From: Betaproteobacteria bacterium
GTDB taxonomy: Bacteria; Acidobacteriota; Vicinamibacteria; Vicinamibacterales; CAVVIG01
Length of the DNA stretch: 64,000 nucleotides
NCBI GenBank assembly: GCA_050257855.1
Contig: JBLMXQ010000133.1
Span: 51,651 to 115,650 of the forward strand
Direction: 5' to 3'
Position 1 is the first letter of the stretch. Each line of letters begins with the position of its first letter. The translations under genes and the position numbers were made by a program. This document shows positions 42,122 through 52,199 of the stretch, piece after piece. The notes beneath the pieces are model-generated. The model was not told where the DNA came from. It did not search any database and was given only the letters and a program-made list of their open reading frames with translations.

Positions 42122-43789
42122 GTGGCTGCGATGCGACGGAGCGGGGGCGGCGCCGACCCGCAGTGGTACAAGGACGCGGTCATCTACGAGCTTCCCGTCA
42201 AGTCCTTCTGCGACAGCAACGGCGACGGCATCGGCGACTTTCGTGGCCTCAGCGGCAAGCTCGACTACCTGCGCGACCTCGGCGTCACGTGCCTCTGGCT
42301 CCTCCCGTTCTTCCCCTCGCCGCTCAGAGACGACGGCTACGACATCGCCGACTACGTGGGCGTGCACCCGAGCTACGGCACGCTCGACGATTTCAAGCGG
42401 TTCCTCGACGACGCTCACGAACGCCATCTGCAGGTCGTCGTCGAGCTCGTGCTCAACCACACCTCCGACCAGCATCCGTGGTTCCAGCGCGCGCGGTCCT
42501 CGCCTCCAGGATCTGCCGAGCGCGACTACTACGTCTGGAGCGACACGGACCAGCGGTATCGCGATGCCCGCATCATCTTCCTCGATGCCGAACGCTCCAA
42601 CTGGACGTGGGACCAGGAGGCGCAGGCGTACTATTGGCACCGCTTCTTCCATCACCAGCCCGATCTCAACTACGACAACCCGGCCGTGGTCGCCGAGATG
42701 CTCGGCGTGCTCGATTTCTGGCTGGACCTCGGCGTCGACGGCTTCCGTCTGGACGCCGTGCCGTATCTGGTGGAGCGCGACGGCACCAGCTGCGAGAACC
42801 TGGCCGAGACGCACGTCCTGATCAAGGCGATCCGGCGGCATCTCGACGCGCGCAGTCCCGGACGACTCCTCCTGGCCGAAGCCAATCAGCCGCCGGCGGA
42901 AGTCCGCGCGTACTTCGGCGACGGCGACGAATGCCACATGGCCTATCACTTCCCGGCGATGCCGCGCATCTTCATGGCGCTGCACCTCGAGGACCGGGAG
43001 CCGATCGTCGACGTGATGGAGCGCACCCCGCCGATCCCGGAGAGCTGCCAGTGGGCACTCTTCCTGCGCAATCACGACGAGCTCACCCTCGAAATGGTGA
43101 CCGACGATGAACGCGACTACATGTATCTGGCGTACAGCCTCGATCCCCACGCGCGGCTGAACCTCGGGATCCGGCGCCGGCTGGCGCCCCTCGCCGGGAA
43201 CAGCCGGCGCCGGATCGAGCTGCTGAACGCGCTGCTGTTCTCGTTTCCGGGCACGCCGATCATCTACTACGGCGACGAGATCGGGATGGGCGACAATCTG
43301 TATCTCGGCGATCGCAATGGCGTCCGCACCCCCATGCAGTGGACGAGCGATCGCAACGCCGGCTTCTCCCGCGCAGACCCGGAGCGGCTGTACAGTCCCG
43401 TGATCATGGACGCCGTGTACGGCTATCAGGCCATCAACGTCGAAGCGCAGGACAGCGACAGCGCGTCGCTGCTGCACTGGATGCGGAACATGATCCGGCT
43501 CCGGCGGATGTTCAAGGTGTTCGGCCGCGGCACGATCGAGTTCCTGCAGCCGGCGAACCGCAAGGTGCTGTCCTACATCCGCCGGTTCGGCGACGACGTC
43601 ATCCTGTGCGTCGCGAATCTTTCGCGGTGGGCGCAGCCCGCGGAGCTCGACCTGCGCGCGTTCGCCGGATCGACGCCGGTCGAGATGCTCGGGTACACCG
43701 AGTTTCCCCCGATTGGCGAGCTGCCGTACTTCCTGACGCTTGGGCCGTATGGTTTCTACTGGTTCGAACTCCAGCGCCCCCGCGCCTGA
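42122..43789 (+). CDS. treS: Trehalose synthase (maltose alpha-D-glucosyltransferase), GH13
   Basis: [29 protein letters not shown] ... [10 protein letters not shown] ... LLAEANQ ... [22 protein letters not shown] ... [13 protein letters not shown]. There is no fused maltokinase domain. Confidence 0.93.
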   Translation: MAAMRRSGGGADPQWYKDAVIYELPVKSFCDSNGDGIGDFRGLSGKLDYLRDLGVTCLWLLPFFPSPLRDDGYDIADYVGVHPSYGTLDDFKRFLDDAHERHLQVVVELVLNHTSDQHPWFQRARSSPPGSAERDYYVWSDTDQRYRDARIIFLDAERSNWTWDQEAQAYYWHRFFHHQPDLNYDNPAVVAEMLGVLDFWLDLGVDGFRLDAVPYLVERDGTSCENLAETHVLIKAIRRHLDARSPGRLLLAEANQPPAEVRAYFGDGDECHMAYHFPAMPRIFMALHLEDREPIVDVMERTPPIPESCQWALFLRNHDELTLEMVTDDERDYMYLAYSLDPHARLNLGIRRRLAPLAGNSRRRIELLNALLFSFPGTPIIYYGDEIGMGDNLYLGDRNGVRTPMQWTSDRNAGFSRADPERLYSPVIMDAVYGYQAINVEAQDSDSASLLHWMRNMIRLRRMFKVFGRGTIEFLQPANRKVLSYIRRFGDDVILCVANLSRWAQPAELDLRAFAGSTPVEMLGYTEFPPIGELPYFLTLGPYGFYWFELQRPRA

Positions 43790-45017
43790 GGCCCCGGCCG
43801 CGCGCGCCGACCTGGTCGTCGCGGTGATGACCCTCGACGACGCCCGGACGATCGGTGCGGTGCTGCGCGCGGCGATGGACGCCTTTGCGCGGCAGTTCAG
43901 CTCACAAGAGGCGCGCATCCTGATGGCCGACGCGCGGTCGACCGACGGGACGCGCCAGGTGGCGCGCGACGCGGCCGGTGCCGCACTCGTGGAAGTGGAG
44001 TATCCGGTGCCGGCGACGCTGCCCGAGATGCCGTATCACGGGCATCCGGGCAGAGCCGGCGCGCTGAGGGCGATTCTGCAGGCGGCCTTCGCTCTGGGCG
44101 CCCGGGCGTGCGCGGTCGTCGATGCCCGGCTGGACGCGCCGACGCCGGAGCGGATCGAGCGGCTGATCGGTCCCGTGCTCGCCGACGGCTTCGACTACGT
44201 GTCGCCGTACTACACCCGCCGGGCGCACGAAGGCGCCATCACCAAGGGCATCGTGTACCCGATGTTCCGCGCGCTCTACGGCGTCCGCCTGCGGCAGCCG
44301 GTCGCCGGCGAGTTCGGCTGCTCGGCGCGCGCGATGGCGCACTATCTGGAACAGGACTTCTGGGACGTCGAGCACGCGCAGTCGGGCATCGACCTGTGGC
44401 TCGCGGTCGAGGCCGCCTGCAGCGCGTTTCGAGTCTGCGAGGCGCCACTGGGAGCGTACCGGACCACGGCGCGCGATGCCGGGGTCGACATGAGCACGAC
44501 GCTCGCCCAGATCGTCGGAGCGCTGTTCGCCGATCTCGAGTACCGCGTGGACTTCTGGCAGCGCTGCCGCGGATCGGTGCCGGTCCCGGTCGTGGGGACG
44601 GCGCCGGCCGCAGCCGGCGAGGAGTCGCCGGTGCCGGTGGACGGCCTGATCGACTCGTTCCGGCTCGGCTACCGGGAACTGCACGCGATCTGGACGTCCG
44701 TGCTGCCGCCCCGAACGATTCTGGATCTGCGGCGGCTCACCGACGCGCCGCTCGAGCGCTTCCGGTTTCCCGATCGGCTCTGGGCCGGCATCGTGTACGA
44801 CTTCGCGCTCGGGTACGGGTTGCGCGTCATGCCGCGCGATCACCTGCTGCGATCGCTGGCGCCGCTCTACAGCGGCTGGCTGGCGTCGTTCGTCCTCGAG
44901 ACCGGTGGCGCCGCGCGCTTCCGGGTCGAGGAGCGCGTCGAGCAGATCGGCGTCGCGTTCGAGGCGGAGAAGCGGCAGCTCATCTCGGGCTGGCGCTGGC
45001 CGGAGCGTCCGAGATAG
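43749..45017 (+). CDS. GT-A-fold glycosyltransferase-like protein (possibly a glycosyl-glycerate-type compatible-solute synthase)
   Basis: [19 protein letters not shown] ... [12 protein letters not shown] ... [10 protein letters not shown] (DxD-like) ... The start (ATG 43749 or TTG 43740) overlaps the treS 3' end. The specific activity is only a guess from the treS context. Confidence 0.5.
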   Translation: MVSTGSNSSAPAPEAPAARADLVVAVMTLDDARTIGAVLRAAMDAFARQFSSQEARILMADARSTDGTRQVARDAAGAALVEVEYPVPATLPEMPYHGHPGRAGALRAILQAAFALGARACAVVDARLDAPTPERIERLIGPVLADGFDYVSPYYTRRAHEGAITKGIVYPMFRALYGVRLRQPVAGEFGCSARAMAHYLEQDFWDVEHAQSGIDLWLAVEAACSAFRVCEAPLGAYRTTARDAGVDMSTTLAQIVGALFADLEYRVDFWQRCRGSVPVPVVGTAPAAAGEESPVPVDGLIDSFRLGYRELHAIWTSVLPPRTILDLRRLTDAPLERFRFPDRLWAGIVYDFALGYGLRVMPRDHLLRSLAPLYSGWLASFVLETGGAARFRVEERVEQIGVAFEAEKRQLISGWRWPERPR

Positions 45018-45046
45018 ATTCACGGGTCGCGCGGGAGGGAGCAGCC

Positions 45047-45745
45047 ATGTGGGAACAGGTTGACCTGATTCTGCGGCAGGCGATGCGTCAGATTGCCGAC
45101 AACGTCGCGAACTTCCTGCCAGGCGTGCTGGTGGCGCTGTTCCTGGTCCTGGTGACCTTCGTCGTGGCGACGCTGGTGCGTGTGATCATCGTGCGTGCGC
45201 TGCGCGGGCTCGAGCGGCGCGGCCGCGCGGACCCGTTCGGCTTCGCGGCGCTGGCCGGCTGGCCGCCGTCGGCCAACCCGCCGGTGACGGCCGGACGGAT
45301 CGCCTACTGGACCATCGTCGTGCTGGGCCTGCTGGCCAGCCTGACGGCGCTGAACGCGACGATTCCGTCGCGGCTCGCGCTGTCCGTGTTCGGCTACGTG
45401 CCGCATCTGCTGGCAGCGCTCGTCATCCTGATCGTCGGGGCCATCACGGCCCGGTTCCTCGCCCGTTCCGTGCTCATCGGCGCGGTGAACATGCACCTCC
45501 GATCGGCGCGCCTGCTGAGTCTCACGGTGAAGTGGCTGGTCCTGCTCGTCGCGGTGGCGATGGCGCTCGAGCACCTCGGCATCGGCCGGACGGTCCTCCT
45601 GCTCGCCTTCGGCATCATCTTCGGCGGGATCGTCTTCGCGGCCGCGCTGGCCGTCGGCCTCGGCGCGAGAGACGCGGTGGCGCGCGCGCTCGAGCGTCAG
45701 CTGCAGGAGCCGGCGCGCGACGGCGAGCCGATCGATCACGTGTAA
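45047..45745 (+). CDS. Multi-pass membrane protein with repeated conserved-TM-helix motif (MscS-associated type)
   Basis: Four to five hydrophobic helices with a repeated IxGAITARFLARSV / LLLAFGIIFGGIVFAAALAVGLGARD pattern. SD GGGAGGGAG lies upstream. Confidence 0.55.
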   Translation: MWEQVDLILRQAMRQIADNVANFLPGVLVALFLVLVTFVVATLVRVIIVRALRGLERRGRADPFGFAALAGWPPSANPPVTAGRIAYWTIVVLGLLASLTALNATIPSRLALSVFGYVPHLLAALVILIVGAITARFLARSVLIGAVNMHLRSARLLSLTVKWLVLLVAVAMALEHLGIGRTVLLLAFGIIFGGIVFAAALAVGLGARDAVARALERQLQEPARDGEPIDHV

Positions 45746-47472
45746 TCGGCGACCGCCGTCATGCCGCGCTCCCCGAGCGCGCGCAGCACGTCCGACTTCG
45801 TCACGACGCCCTCGAGGGTTCCGGCCGCCGACGTCACGAACAGCAGGTGATGGCCCCGCTGGTCCATCAGCAGCCTGAGCACTTCCATCAGATCGCAGTC
45901 GGGCGGCACGTGGGGCACCGAGCGATCGGCCAGCGAGCCGGCCGTCGTCTCGCTCCAGCGGTCGGACGGGAGCCGGGCGAGGGCCTGTGTGGCGAGCACT
46001 CCGATGGGATGACGCCCGTCGAACACCGGATAGACCGTGTGCGCGTGGCGCGATCCGAAGCTGCTGGCGAACTCGCGGAGCGAGGCCGACGCCGGGACCG
46101 AGACGACGTTCCGCTGCATCACCTCGCTGACCGGAACGTGGCGGAGGCCGGCCACCTTGACGGTCTCGTGGAGCCGCTGGTCGCCCGACACCGACGCCTC
46201 CCCGGAAACCGCGTAGGCCACTGCGGCGCCGATGAGCGTCGGAATGATGTAGGCGTGGCCGCCGGTCGCCTCGGCGACGAAGACGACCGCGGTCAGCGGC
46301 GTCTTGTAGCAGCCGGCGATGAACGCGGCCATGCCGACCGCGGCGTACAGGTCCACGACGGGACTGCCGACGACCGATTGCGCGAACGCCACACCGAACG
46401 TGCCGCCGGCCAGGAAGATCGGCACGAACATCGCGCTCACGCCGCCCGCGCCGAGCGAGGCGATCGTCGCGGCCAGCTTGAACACGCCGAACGCCACGAG
46501 CTCCACGGTTCCGTGCGCCTTCAGCAGGATGTCCGGGACCGCCTCGTAGTTGGGGCCAATCGGCACGAGGGGGCCGGGGAAGAGCCGCAGGAACACCAGA
46601 CCGCACACGCCGGTCAGGGCGCCGCCGACCGCCATCTTGAGCCAGTGCGGCGCCGACTGGCGGACGGCGAACGAGCGCGCGCGGCGGAACGTGATGGCGA
46701 ACACCATGGCGACGAGCCCGCAGACGACGCCGAGCAGCGCCGACCAGACGAGGTCGCGTCCGCTGAAGGTCTCGCCGGCGAGGAAGTTGAACACCGGCTG
46801 CGCGCCGAGGAACGACGCCAGCGTCACGTAGGCGACGACCGACGCGATGAGCGAGGGCAGCAGGGCTTCGTGCGCGAGGTCGTCCTTGTACGGCATCTCG
46901 AGCGCGAAGACGAGACCGGTGAGCGGCGCCCGGAACACGGCCGCCATGCCCGCCGCGGCGCCGCTGATGAGCATGATGCGCCGATCGCGCGGCTCGAGCC
47001 GGAAACGCCGCAGGCGCGCCCACAGCCAGGAGCCGAGGGCGCCGCCGCCGTAGATGCTCGGTCCCTCGAGCGCCGCGCTCCCGCCGAGGCCGACGGTCGC
47101 GACCGCCGCCACCAGCTTCGGCACGAACGGCCTCATCTGCACGTGCCCCTGGTGCTCGTGGTAGGAGCGGATGATCTCCTCGGTCGAGTGCTCGTCCGGG
47201 TCCGGCGTCGCGTACTGCATGATGAGCCCGGCGACGACGAACCCGGCCGTGAGGCCCGGGACGATGACGATCGGATGCGCCAGGTAGTACCGCAGCACGG
47301 GCGGCCACATCCAGTAGAGGATCACCTTCGCGATGAGCGTGATGACGAGGCCGGTGACACCCCCGATGATCGGTGCGACGATCAGCCACTTGTGCAGGTC
47401 GCGTGAATAGGTCGCGGAGAGATCTTCGTGGATGAGCGCGGTGTACTTCCGGAGGCGCTGATGGGCGGACAT
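45736..47472 (-). CDS. ClC-family chloride/proton channel with C-terminal CBS pair
   Basis: GLGGSAALEGPSIYGG (GSGIPE-like) ... GVSAMFVPIFLAGGTFG ... then two CBS-like repeats. The start is ATG 47472 (the alternative TTG 47487 lies inside an AT palindrome). Confidence 0.85.
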   Translation of the reverse strand: MSAHQRLRKYTALIHEDLSATYSRDLHKWLIVAPIIGGVTGLVITLIAKVILYWMWPPVLRYYLAHPIVIVPGLTAGFVVAGLIMQYATPDPDEHSTEEIIRSYHEHQGHVQMRPFVPKLVAAVATVGLGGSAALEGPSIYGGGALGSWLWARLRRFRLEPRDRRIMLISGAAAGMAAVFRAPLTGLVFALEMPYKDDLAHEALLPSLIASVVAYVTLASFLGAQPVFNFLAGETFSGRDLVWSALLGVVCGLVAMVFAITFRRARSFAVRQSAPHWLKMAVGGALTGVCGLVFLRLFPGPLVPIGPNYEAVPDILLKAHGTVELVAFGVFKLAATIASLGAGGVSAMFVPIFLAGGTFGVAFAQSVVGSPVVDLYAAVGMAAFIAGCYKTPLTAVVFVAEATGGHAYIIPTLIGAAVAYAVSGEASVSGDQRLHETVKVAGLRHVPVSEVMQRNVVSVPASASLREFASSFGSRHAHTVYPVFDGRHPIGVLATQALARLPSDRWSETTAGSLADRSVPHVPPDCDLMEVLRLLMDQRGHHLLFVTSAAGTLEGVVTKSDVLRALGERGMTAVADYT

Positions 47473-47485
47473 CTGAACGGACTTC

Positions 47486-47509
47486 AATTATATAGGAGTC
47501 CATATAATT
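47486..47509. promoter_or_regulatory. AT-rich perfect inverted repeat AATTATAT-N8-ATATAATT at the ClC gene 5' end
   Basis: Read directly. On the minus strand it contains TATAAT (47492-47487), 14 nt before ATG 47472. Confidence 0.4.
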
Positions 47510-47545
47510 CTCCGAAGGACGCCGGGCGTTCGAGGAGGGGAGCGG

Positions 47546-47569
47546 CGGGCGCCCCGGTCGGGGCGCCCG
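47546..47569 (-). terminator. GC-rich hairpin (GGGCGCCCC-ggtc-GGGGCGCCC) downstream of the DUF302 gene
   Basis: 9-10 bp perfect stem, 9 nt after the stop at 47578. The U-tract is weak. Confidence 0.4.
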
Positions 47570-47577
47570 ACCGGACG

Positions 47578-47988
47578 TCACCTGGCCGATTCGAGGGCCG
47601 TGAGCGCGCGGCGGAGCTTGCTGTCGGCCTCCTGCGCGACCGCCTGCAGTTCGGCGTTCGGACCGACCGTGCCGAGCGCGGCGAGCGGCGCGATGGCCGC
47701 GACGACGCTCTTGCCGGCCCCGTCCTCGTAGACCACGACGTTGCAGGGCAGCAGCAGCCCGATCTCGAGTTCCGCGTGCAGCGCGCGGTCGGCGAGCGGC
47801 GGGTTGCACGCGCCGAGGATGACGTATTTCCGGAACGTGCGATCGAGCTTCGTTTTGAGCGTCTGCTGCACGTCGATGGTCGTCAGGACGCCGAAGCCTT
47901 CTGCCTTGAGCGCGTCGGTCGCCCGCTGGAGGGCCGTGTCGAACGGGACCGAAAGGGAGACGCGCAGTCCGTATTTCGATTCGTGCAT
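47578..47988 (-). CDS. DUF302 domain protein
   Basis: ALKAEGFGVLTTIDVQQTLKTKL...YVILGACNPPLA...LLLPCNVVVYE is the DUF302 pattern. Confidence 0.75.
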   Translation of the reverse strand: MHESKYGLRVSLSVPFDTALQRATDALKAEGFGVLTTIDVQQTLKTKLDRTFRKYVILGACNPPLADRALHAELEIGLLLPCNVVVYEDGAGKSVVAAIAPLAALGTVGPNAELQAVAQEADSKLRRALTALESAR

Positions 47989-48127
47989 GGATTCACCTCG
48001 TCATGATGTCGTCACACCTCAATTGTCGGACGAAACGCGGCGGAGCCGCCCCGAAATGGTGAGCGGATCGGCACGGCGGCGTGCAGCAGTGCTTCGTTGG
48101 CCTCTTCCTGCAAACTGATCCATAATC

Positions 48128-48574
48128 ATGGCGCGCATGCGACGGATTCTCTTCGCGTCGGATTTCTCGCCGGCTTCACGCCGGGCCTTTGCCACGGCCC
48201 TGCGGATGGCGCGCGCGAACCGCGCGAAGCTGAGTGTGCTTCACGTGATCACGCCGATTGCCGCGATCCCGACCGACCCGGCCGCGCCCGTGACGCTGTG
48301 GCAGGAGATCGAGCGGAGCACGCGCGCGTGGGCGACGGGGCAGGTCAAGCGGCTGGTTGCGCGCGCCCGGAAGGCCGGTGTCCGGGCCGAAGGGCTCCTG
48401 CGCGAGGGCGCGCCGGCCGAGACCGTCGTCCGCACGGCCCGATCCACGCGGGCCGACCTCATCGTCATCGGCACGCACGGGCGTACCGGGCTGTCGCGGA
48501 TGTTCGTCGGCAGCGTCGCCGCACGCGTGGTGGCGACCGCGCCGTGTCCTGTGGTCACAGTCCGCGGCCGGTAG
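48128..48574 (+). CDS. Universal stress protein (single UspA domain)
   Basis: ILFASDFSPASRRAF ... ADLIVIGTHGRTGLSRMFVGSVAARVVATAPCPVVTV. Confidence 0.88.
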   Translation: MARMRRILFASDFSPASRRAFATALRMARANRAKLSVLHVITPIAAIPTDPAAPVTLWQEIERSTRAWATGQVKRLVARARKAGVRAEGLLREGAPAETVVRTARSTRADLIVIGTHGRTGLSRMFVGSVAARVVATAPCPVVTVRGR

Positions 48575-48583
48575 GGGCCCGGG

Positions 48584-48613
48584 TTTCGAGCGGCGTCCGA
48601 TCCCGCCTATAAT
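48584..48613 (+). promoter_or_regulatory. Sigma-70-type promoter candidate for phoD (TTTCGA-N18-TATAAT)
   Basis: Perfect TATAAT at 48608-48613, 27 nt before ATG 48641. A CCTCGC/GCGAGG hairpin lies in the leader. Confidence 0.4.
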
Positions 48614-48640
48614 CGCCTCGCATTCATCCGCGAGGTCCGC

Positions 48641-50206
48641 ATGTCCCCGACGCTCTCGCACTGGTACGAGTTGTACGGACGACACATCAGCCGGCGCGAT
48701 TTCCTGCGCGTCGGCCGCGACGTGGCTGGCCTGCTCGCGCTGGCATCGCTGCCGGGGGACGCCGTCGCCGAGGCGCGCGCCACCGCGAACCCGTTCACGC
48801 TCGGCGTCGCGTCGGGCGATCCGGTCCCGGACGGCGTGGTGCTGTGGACGCGGCTCGACGCCGGCGCAATCGGCCATGTCACGGCGACGTCGGTCCAGTG
48901 GGAGGTGGCCACGGACGATCGCTTCCGGCGGATCGTGCGCCGCGGATCGAGGGTTGCGCCGGCTGCGCTCGGATATTCGGTCCACGCAGAGGTCGACCGG
49001 CTCGAGCCGGGCCGCGAGTACTGGTACCGCTTCATGACGGGCGGCCAGGTCAGCGCCGTCGCACGGACCAGGACGGCGCCTCCCGCAGACGCCTCGAATG
49101 ACCGCGTGAGGTTCGCGTTCATCTCGTGCCAGAACTACGAGCACGGGTACTACACGGCGTTCCGCCACCTCGCCGAGGAGCCCGTGGACGCCATCGTCCA
49201 TCTTGGCGACTACATCTACGAGAAGCGGTTCGCGTCGGCGCCCGCGGTGCGCGAGCACGAGGCCGGCGAGGTGTTCACGCTCGATCAGTACCGGGCGCGC
49301 TATGCGCTGTATCGCGCCGACCCCGATCTGCAGGCGGCCCACTCGGTGTGTCCGTGGATCGTGACGAACGACGATCACGAGGTCGCCAACAACTGGGCCG
49401 GGCCGTTCGCGGAGGACACGTCGGTGCCGCAGGACCAGTTCCTCCTGCGGCGCGCCGCTGCGTTCCAGGCGTACTACGAGTTCATGCCGCTGCGGCGCAC
49501 GTCGCTGCCGCACGGGCCGTGGATGCAGATCTACCGCCGGCTGGAGTTCGGCCGGCTCCTGCGGTTCCACGTGCTCGACACGCGGCAGTTCCGGTCGGAC
49601 CAGGCGTGCGGCGACGGCAGCAAGCCGCGGTGCGCGGACGTCTTCGACTCGAAGCGGACGATGATGGGGCCGGAGCAGGAGCGATGGCTGGCCGAGGGGC
49701 TGCGCCGGTCGCCGGCGCGGTGGAACGTGCTCGCCAATCAAGTGATGATCGCGCAGACGAAGAGGCTGGCCAGGGGCGAACCGGTGTTCTCGATGGACAA
49801 GTGGGACGGCTACGTGCCGGCGCGGGACCGCCTGATGACGCTGCTCGGCGACCCGCGCGTCTCGAACCCGGTCGTCGTCACGGGCGACATCCACACGAAC
49901 TGGGTCGCGGATCTGAAGATGGACTATGACGACGCGAAATCGGCCGTCGTCGGCGCGGAGTTCGTGGGGACGTCGATGACGTCCGGCGGCGACGGCACCG
50001 ACGCGGACACCAGCCGTGTGCAGGCGCTCAACCCGCACGTGAAGTTCTTCAACGCGCGCCGCGGTTACGTGACCGTCGACGTGACGCCGTCACGGTGCAC
50101 CAGCACGTATCGCTGCGTCCCGTACGTCAGCCGCCCCGGCGCGCCGATCGAGACAAGCGGCACGTTCGTGGTCGAGGACGGCCGGCGCGGCGTGCAGGCG
50201 GGCTGA
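48641..50206 (+). CDS. phoD: Alkaline phosphatase D family (PhoD) with Tat signal
   Basis: SRRDFLRVG twin-arginine motif. FTLGVASGDP ... FISCQNYEHGYY ... VHLGDYIYE ... VTNDDHEVANNW ... GDIHTNWV. Confidence 0.9.
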   Translation: MSPTLSHWYELYGRHISRRDFLRVGRDVAGLLALASLPGDAVAEARATANPFTLGVASGDPVPDGVVLWTRLDAGAIGHVTATSVQWEVATDDRFRRIVRRGSRVAPAALGYSVHAEVDRLEPGREYWYRFMTGGQVSAVARTRTAPPADASNDRVRFAFISCQNYEHGYYTAFRHLAEEPVDAIVHLGDYIYEKRFASAPAVREHEAGEVFTLDQYRARYALYRADPDLQAAHSVCPWIVTNDDHEVANNWAGPFAEDTSVPQDQFLLRRAAAFQAYYEFMPLRRTSLPHGPWMQIYRRLEFGRLLRFHVLDTRQFRSDQACGDGSKPRCADVFDSKRTMMGPEQERWLAEGLRRSPARWNVLANQVMIAQTKRLARGEPVFSMDKWDGYVPARDRLMTLLGDPRVSNPVVVTGDIHTNWVADLKMDYDDAKSAVVGAEFVGTSMTSGGDGTDADTSRVQALNPHVKFFNARRGYVTVDVTPSRCTSTYRCVPYVSRPGAPIETSGTFVVEDGRRGVQAG

Positions 50207-50215
50207 GGCTCCTGG

Positions 50216-51304
50216 TCACTTCCTGACGTATTTCTTGACGTCCTTCTGGCCGACTTCCGCGCCGTAGATGTTGCCTGCCGGATCGACCGCGATGCCCTCG
50301 GCGGAACTCGTGCCGGTCGCGTGCGCGACCGGGTCCGGGATGAAATACTTCACCGAGCCGTCCTTCGCGCTGCCGATGCGAATTCCGCGCTTCCAGCCGT
50401 CATGGTTCTTCGACACCGATTCGGATTCCGAGTCGGCCACGTAGATCGTGTCGTCCCCGGTGATGACGATGCCGCTCGGTCGGCTGAACTGCTTCCATTC
50501 GGTGATGTAGTTCCCGTCCTGATCGAAGATCTGAATCCGGTTGTTGCTGCGGTCCCCGACGAACAGACGTCCTTCCGCGTCGAGTGCGAGCGTGTGCGGC
50601 TGATCGAACTCGCCGGGACCCGTGCCGCGCTTGCCCCAGCTCTTGATCAGCTTGCCGTCCTTCGAGAACTTGAAGATCCGGTCGACCGGCGCGCCGTGCC
50701 CCTGCGCGACGAAGATGTTCCCGTCCGGCGCCACGAGGACGGCGTTCGGCTGGTAGAAGAAGTCCGGCGCCGCGGCGCCGCCCTTCCTGCCGAGCGTCAT
50801 CAGCAGCTTGCCGTCGGGGCTGAACTTGAAGATCTGGTGACCGCGGGTAGCGCCGGGCCGTGGAATCACCGGGGCTCCCGGGGCCTGCCCCCTCTGCGGG
50901 CGCGGGGCATCGTCCTGGTCGTCGGTCACCCAGACGTTGCCGTCGGGATCGACGTCGATGCCGTGCGGGAAGACGAAGAGGCCCGCGCCGAAGGCCTTCA
51001 CGAGCTGGCCTGAGGGATCGAACTTCAGCACGACCGGCAGGTCCGAGTGCAGGCAGCTGTTCGCGCCGCAGCGCTCGGCGACCCAGATGCTGCGGCCGTC
51101 CTTGTCGATTGCGACGGCGCTGGTCGATCCCCACGTGCGGCCGGGCGGCATCTGGAGGAAGTTCTCGACCGTCCGGTACGGGTTCGGCAGGTCATTCGTC
51201 GGCTTGACGGCGTCGCCCTGTGCCCAGGCCGTCACGCCGATCAAGACGAGCGCCGCCGCCGTGCGAATGCTCACCGCCCGCAGATCCGCTCGACCTCGTG
51301 CCAT
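50216..51304 (-). CDS. Secreted NHL-repeat beta-propeller protein (peptidyl-alpha-hydroxyglycine lyase-like)
   Basis: A signal peptide is followed by repeated xxPHGIDVDPDGNVWVTD / PNAVLVAPDGNIFVA / PHTLALDAEGRLFVGD / PSGIVITGDDTIYVAD / AEGIAVDPAGNIYGAE blades. Confidence 0.75.
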   Translation of the reverse strand: MARGRADLRAVSIRTAAALVLIGVTAWAQGDAVKPTNDLPNPYRTVENFLQMPPGRTWGSTSAVAIDKDGRSIWVAERCGANSCLHSDLPVVLKFDPSGQLVKAFGAGLFVFPHGIDVDPDGNVWVTDDQDDAPRPQRGQAPGAPVIPRPGATRGHQIFKFSPDGKLLMTLGRKGGAAAPDFFYQPNAVLVAPDGNIFVAQGHGAPVDRIFKFSKDGKLIKSWGKRGTGPGEFDQPHTLALDAEGRLFVGDRSNNRIQIFDQDGNYITEWKQFSRPSGIVITGDDTIYVADSESESVSKNHDGWKRGIRIGSAKDGSVKYFIPDPVAHATGTSSAEGIAVDPAGNIYGAEVGQKDVKKYVRK

Positions 51305-51408
51305 CGTGTCTCCCTCCAGGACCCGGGGAGTATATCAACGGCGCCGGAAATCCGGCATCGGACTCTCGTCAGTCAGTGCCTGACGGCCCAAGGGCGCGTC
51401 CCGTACGG

Positions 51409-51423
51409 TGGCAGGCCGGTTGC
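51409..51423 (+). promoter_or_regulatory. Sigma-54-type promoter (TGGCAG-gccgg-TTGCA) upstream of the LolA-like/ABC operon
   Basis: TGGCAg-N5-TTGCA. The -12 C lies 27 nt before ATG 51450. Confidence 0.55.
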
Positions 51424-51449
51424 AGCTCAGGTTGACGTCACCCACGGCC

Positions 51450-52199
51450 ATGAACGCGATCCTTTCGGCGGCCGCCGGCCTGCTCGCCCTCGCTCTCCCG
51501 CTGGCCGGCGCTCCGCGGCAGCCGAACGTGGATCGGCTGCTGCAACACCTCGACGACCTCTACCGGTCCACGAGCAGCATCGCGCGGATGGAGATCCTCG
51601 TCACCACGCCGCGGACGACGCGGAGCCTTCGCATGAAGGCGTGGACGAAGGGCGAGGACCGCGTGCTCGTCGTGATCGAGGCGCCGGCCCGCGAAGCGGG
51701 CACGGCAACGCTCCGCGTGGCCGACAACCTGTGGAACTACCTGCCGCGAATCGCGCGCACGATCCGCGTGCCGCCGTCCGCGATGCTCGGCTCGTGGATG
51801 GGAACCGACTTCACGAACGACGATCTCGTGAAGGAGTCGTCGCTCAGGAAGGACTTCGACGCCCGGATCGATCGCCGAAGTGATGCGCCGCCCGGCTGGT
51901 GGCTCGTCCTCGACGTGAAGCCGGGCGCGGTGGGCCGCTGGAATCGGATCGATCTGCTCGTCGACGACGAGCAGCTGCCGGTCGAGGAGCGGTTCTTCGA
52001 TCGCAAGGGGCGTCTCGCGCGCACCATGCGCTTCGACGACGTGCGGGTGCTCGGCGGGCGGCGCATGCCGGCACGCTTCACGCTGACGCCGGCCGACACC
52101 GAGGGCCAGCGCACACAACTGCGGTATCTCGAGGCGCAGTTCGACATCGCCGTGCCGGAGGACACGTTCAGCCTCTCGAGACTCGAGCAGCACCGATGA
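51450..52199 (+). CDS. Outer-membrane lipoprotein-sorting (LolA-like) periplasmic protein
   Basis: A signal peptide (LLALALPLAGA) is followed by MEILVTTPRTTRSLRMKAWTKGEDRVLVVIEAPAREAGTATLRV.DNLWNYLPRI..TIRVPPS.MLGSWMGTDFTNDDLV, the LolA_like family pattern. Confidence 0.75.
   Translation: MNAILSAAAGLLALALPLAGAPRQPNVDRLLQHLDDLYRSTSSIARMEILVTTPRTTRSLRMKAWTKGEDRVLVVIEAPAREAGTATLRVADNLWNYLPRIARTIRVPPSAMLGSWMGTDFTNDDLVKESSLRKDFDARIDRRSDAPPGWWLVLDVKPGAVGRWNRIDLLVDDEQLPVEERFFDRKGRLARTMRFDDVRVLGGRRMPARFTLTPADTEGQRTQLRYLEAQFDIAVPEDTFSLSRLEQHR

Noticed and set aside
47473-47577. Fluoride (crcB-motif) riboswitch expected upstream of some ClC genes.
   Set aside because: I could not find the conserved pseudoknot-forming segments. 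The spacer is occupied by an AT palindrome and the terminator hairpin of the neighbouring gene.
48097-48139. Possible leaderless usp mRNA: TTGGCC-N18-CATAAT ends 1 nt before ATG 48128, and a second in-frame ATG lies at 48137.
   Set aside because: The hexamers are weak and the argument depends on choosing the second ATG. It was noted but is not strong enough to annotate.
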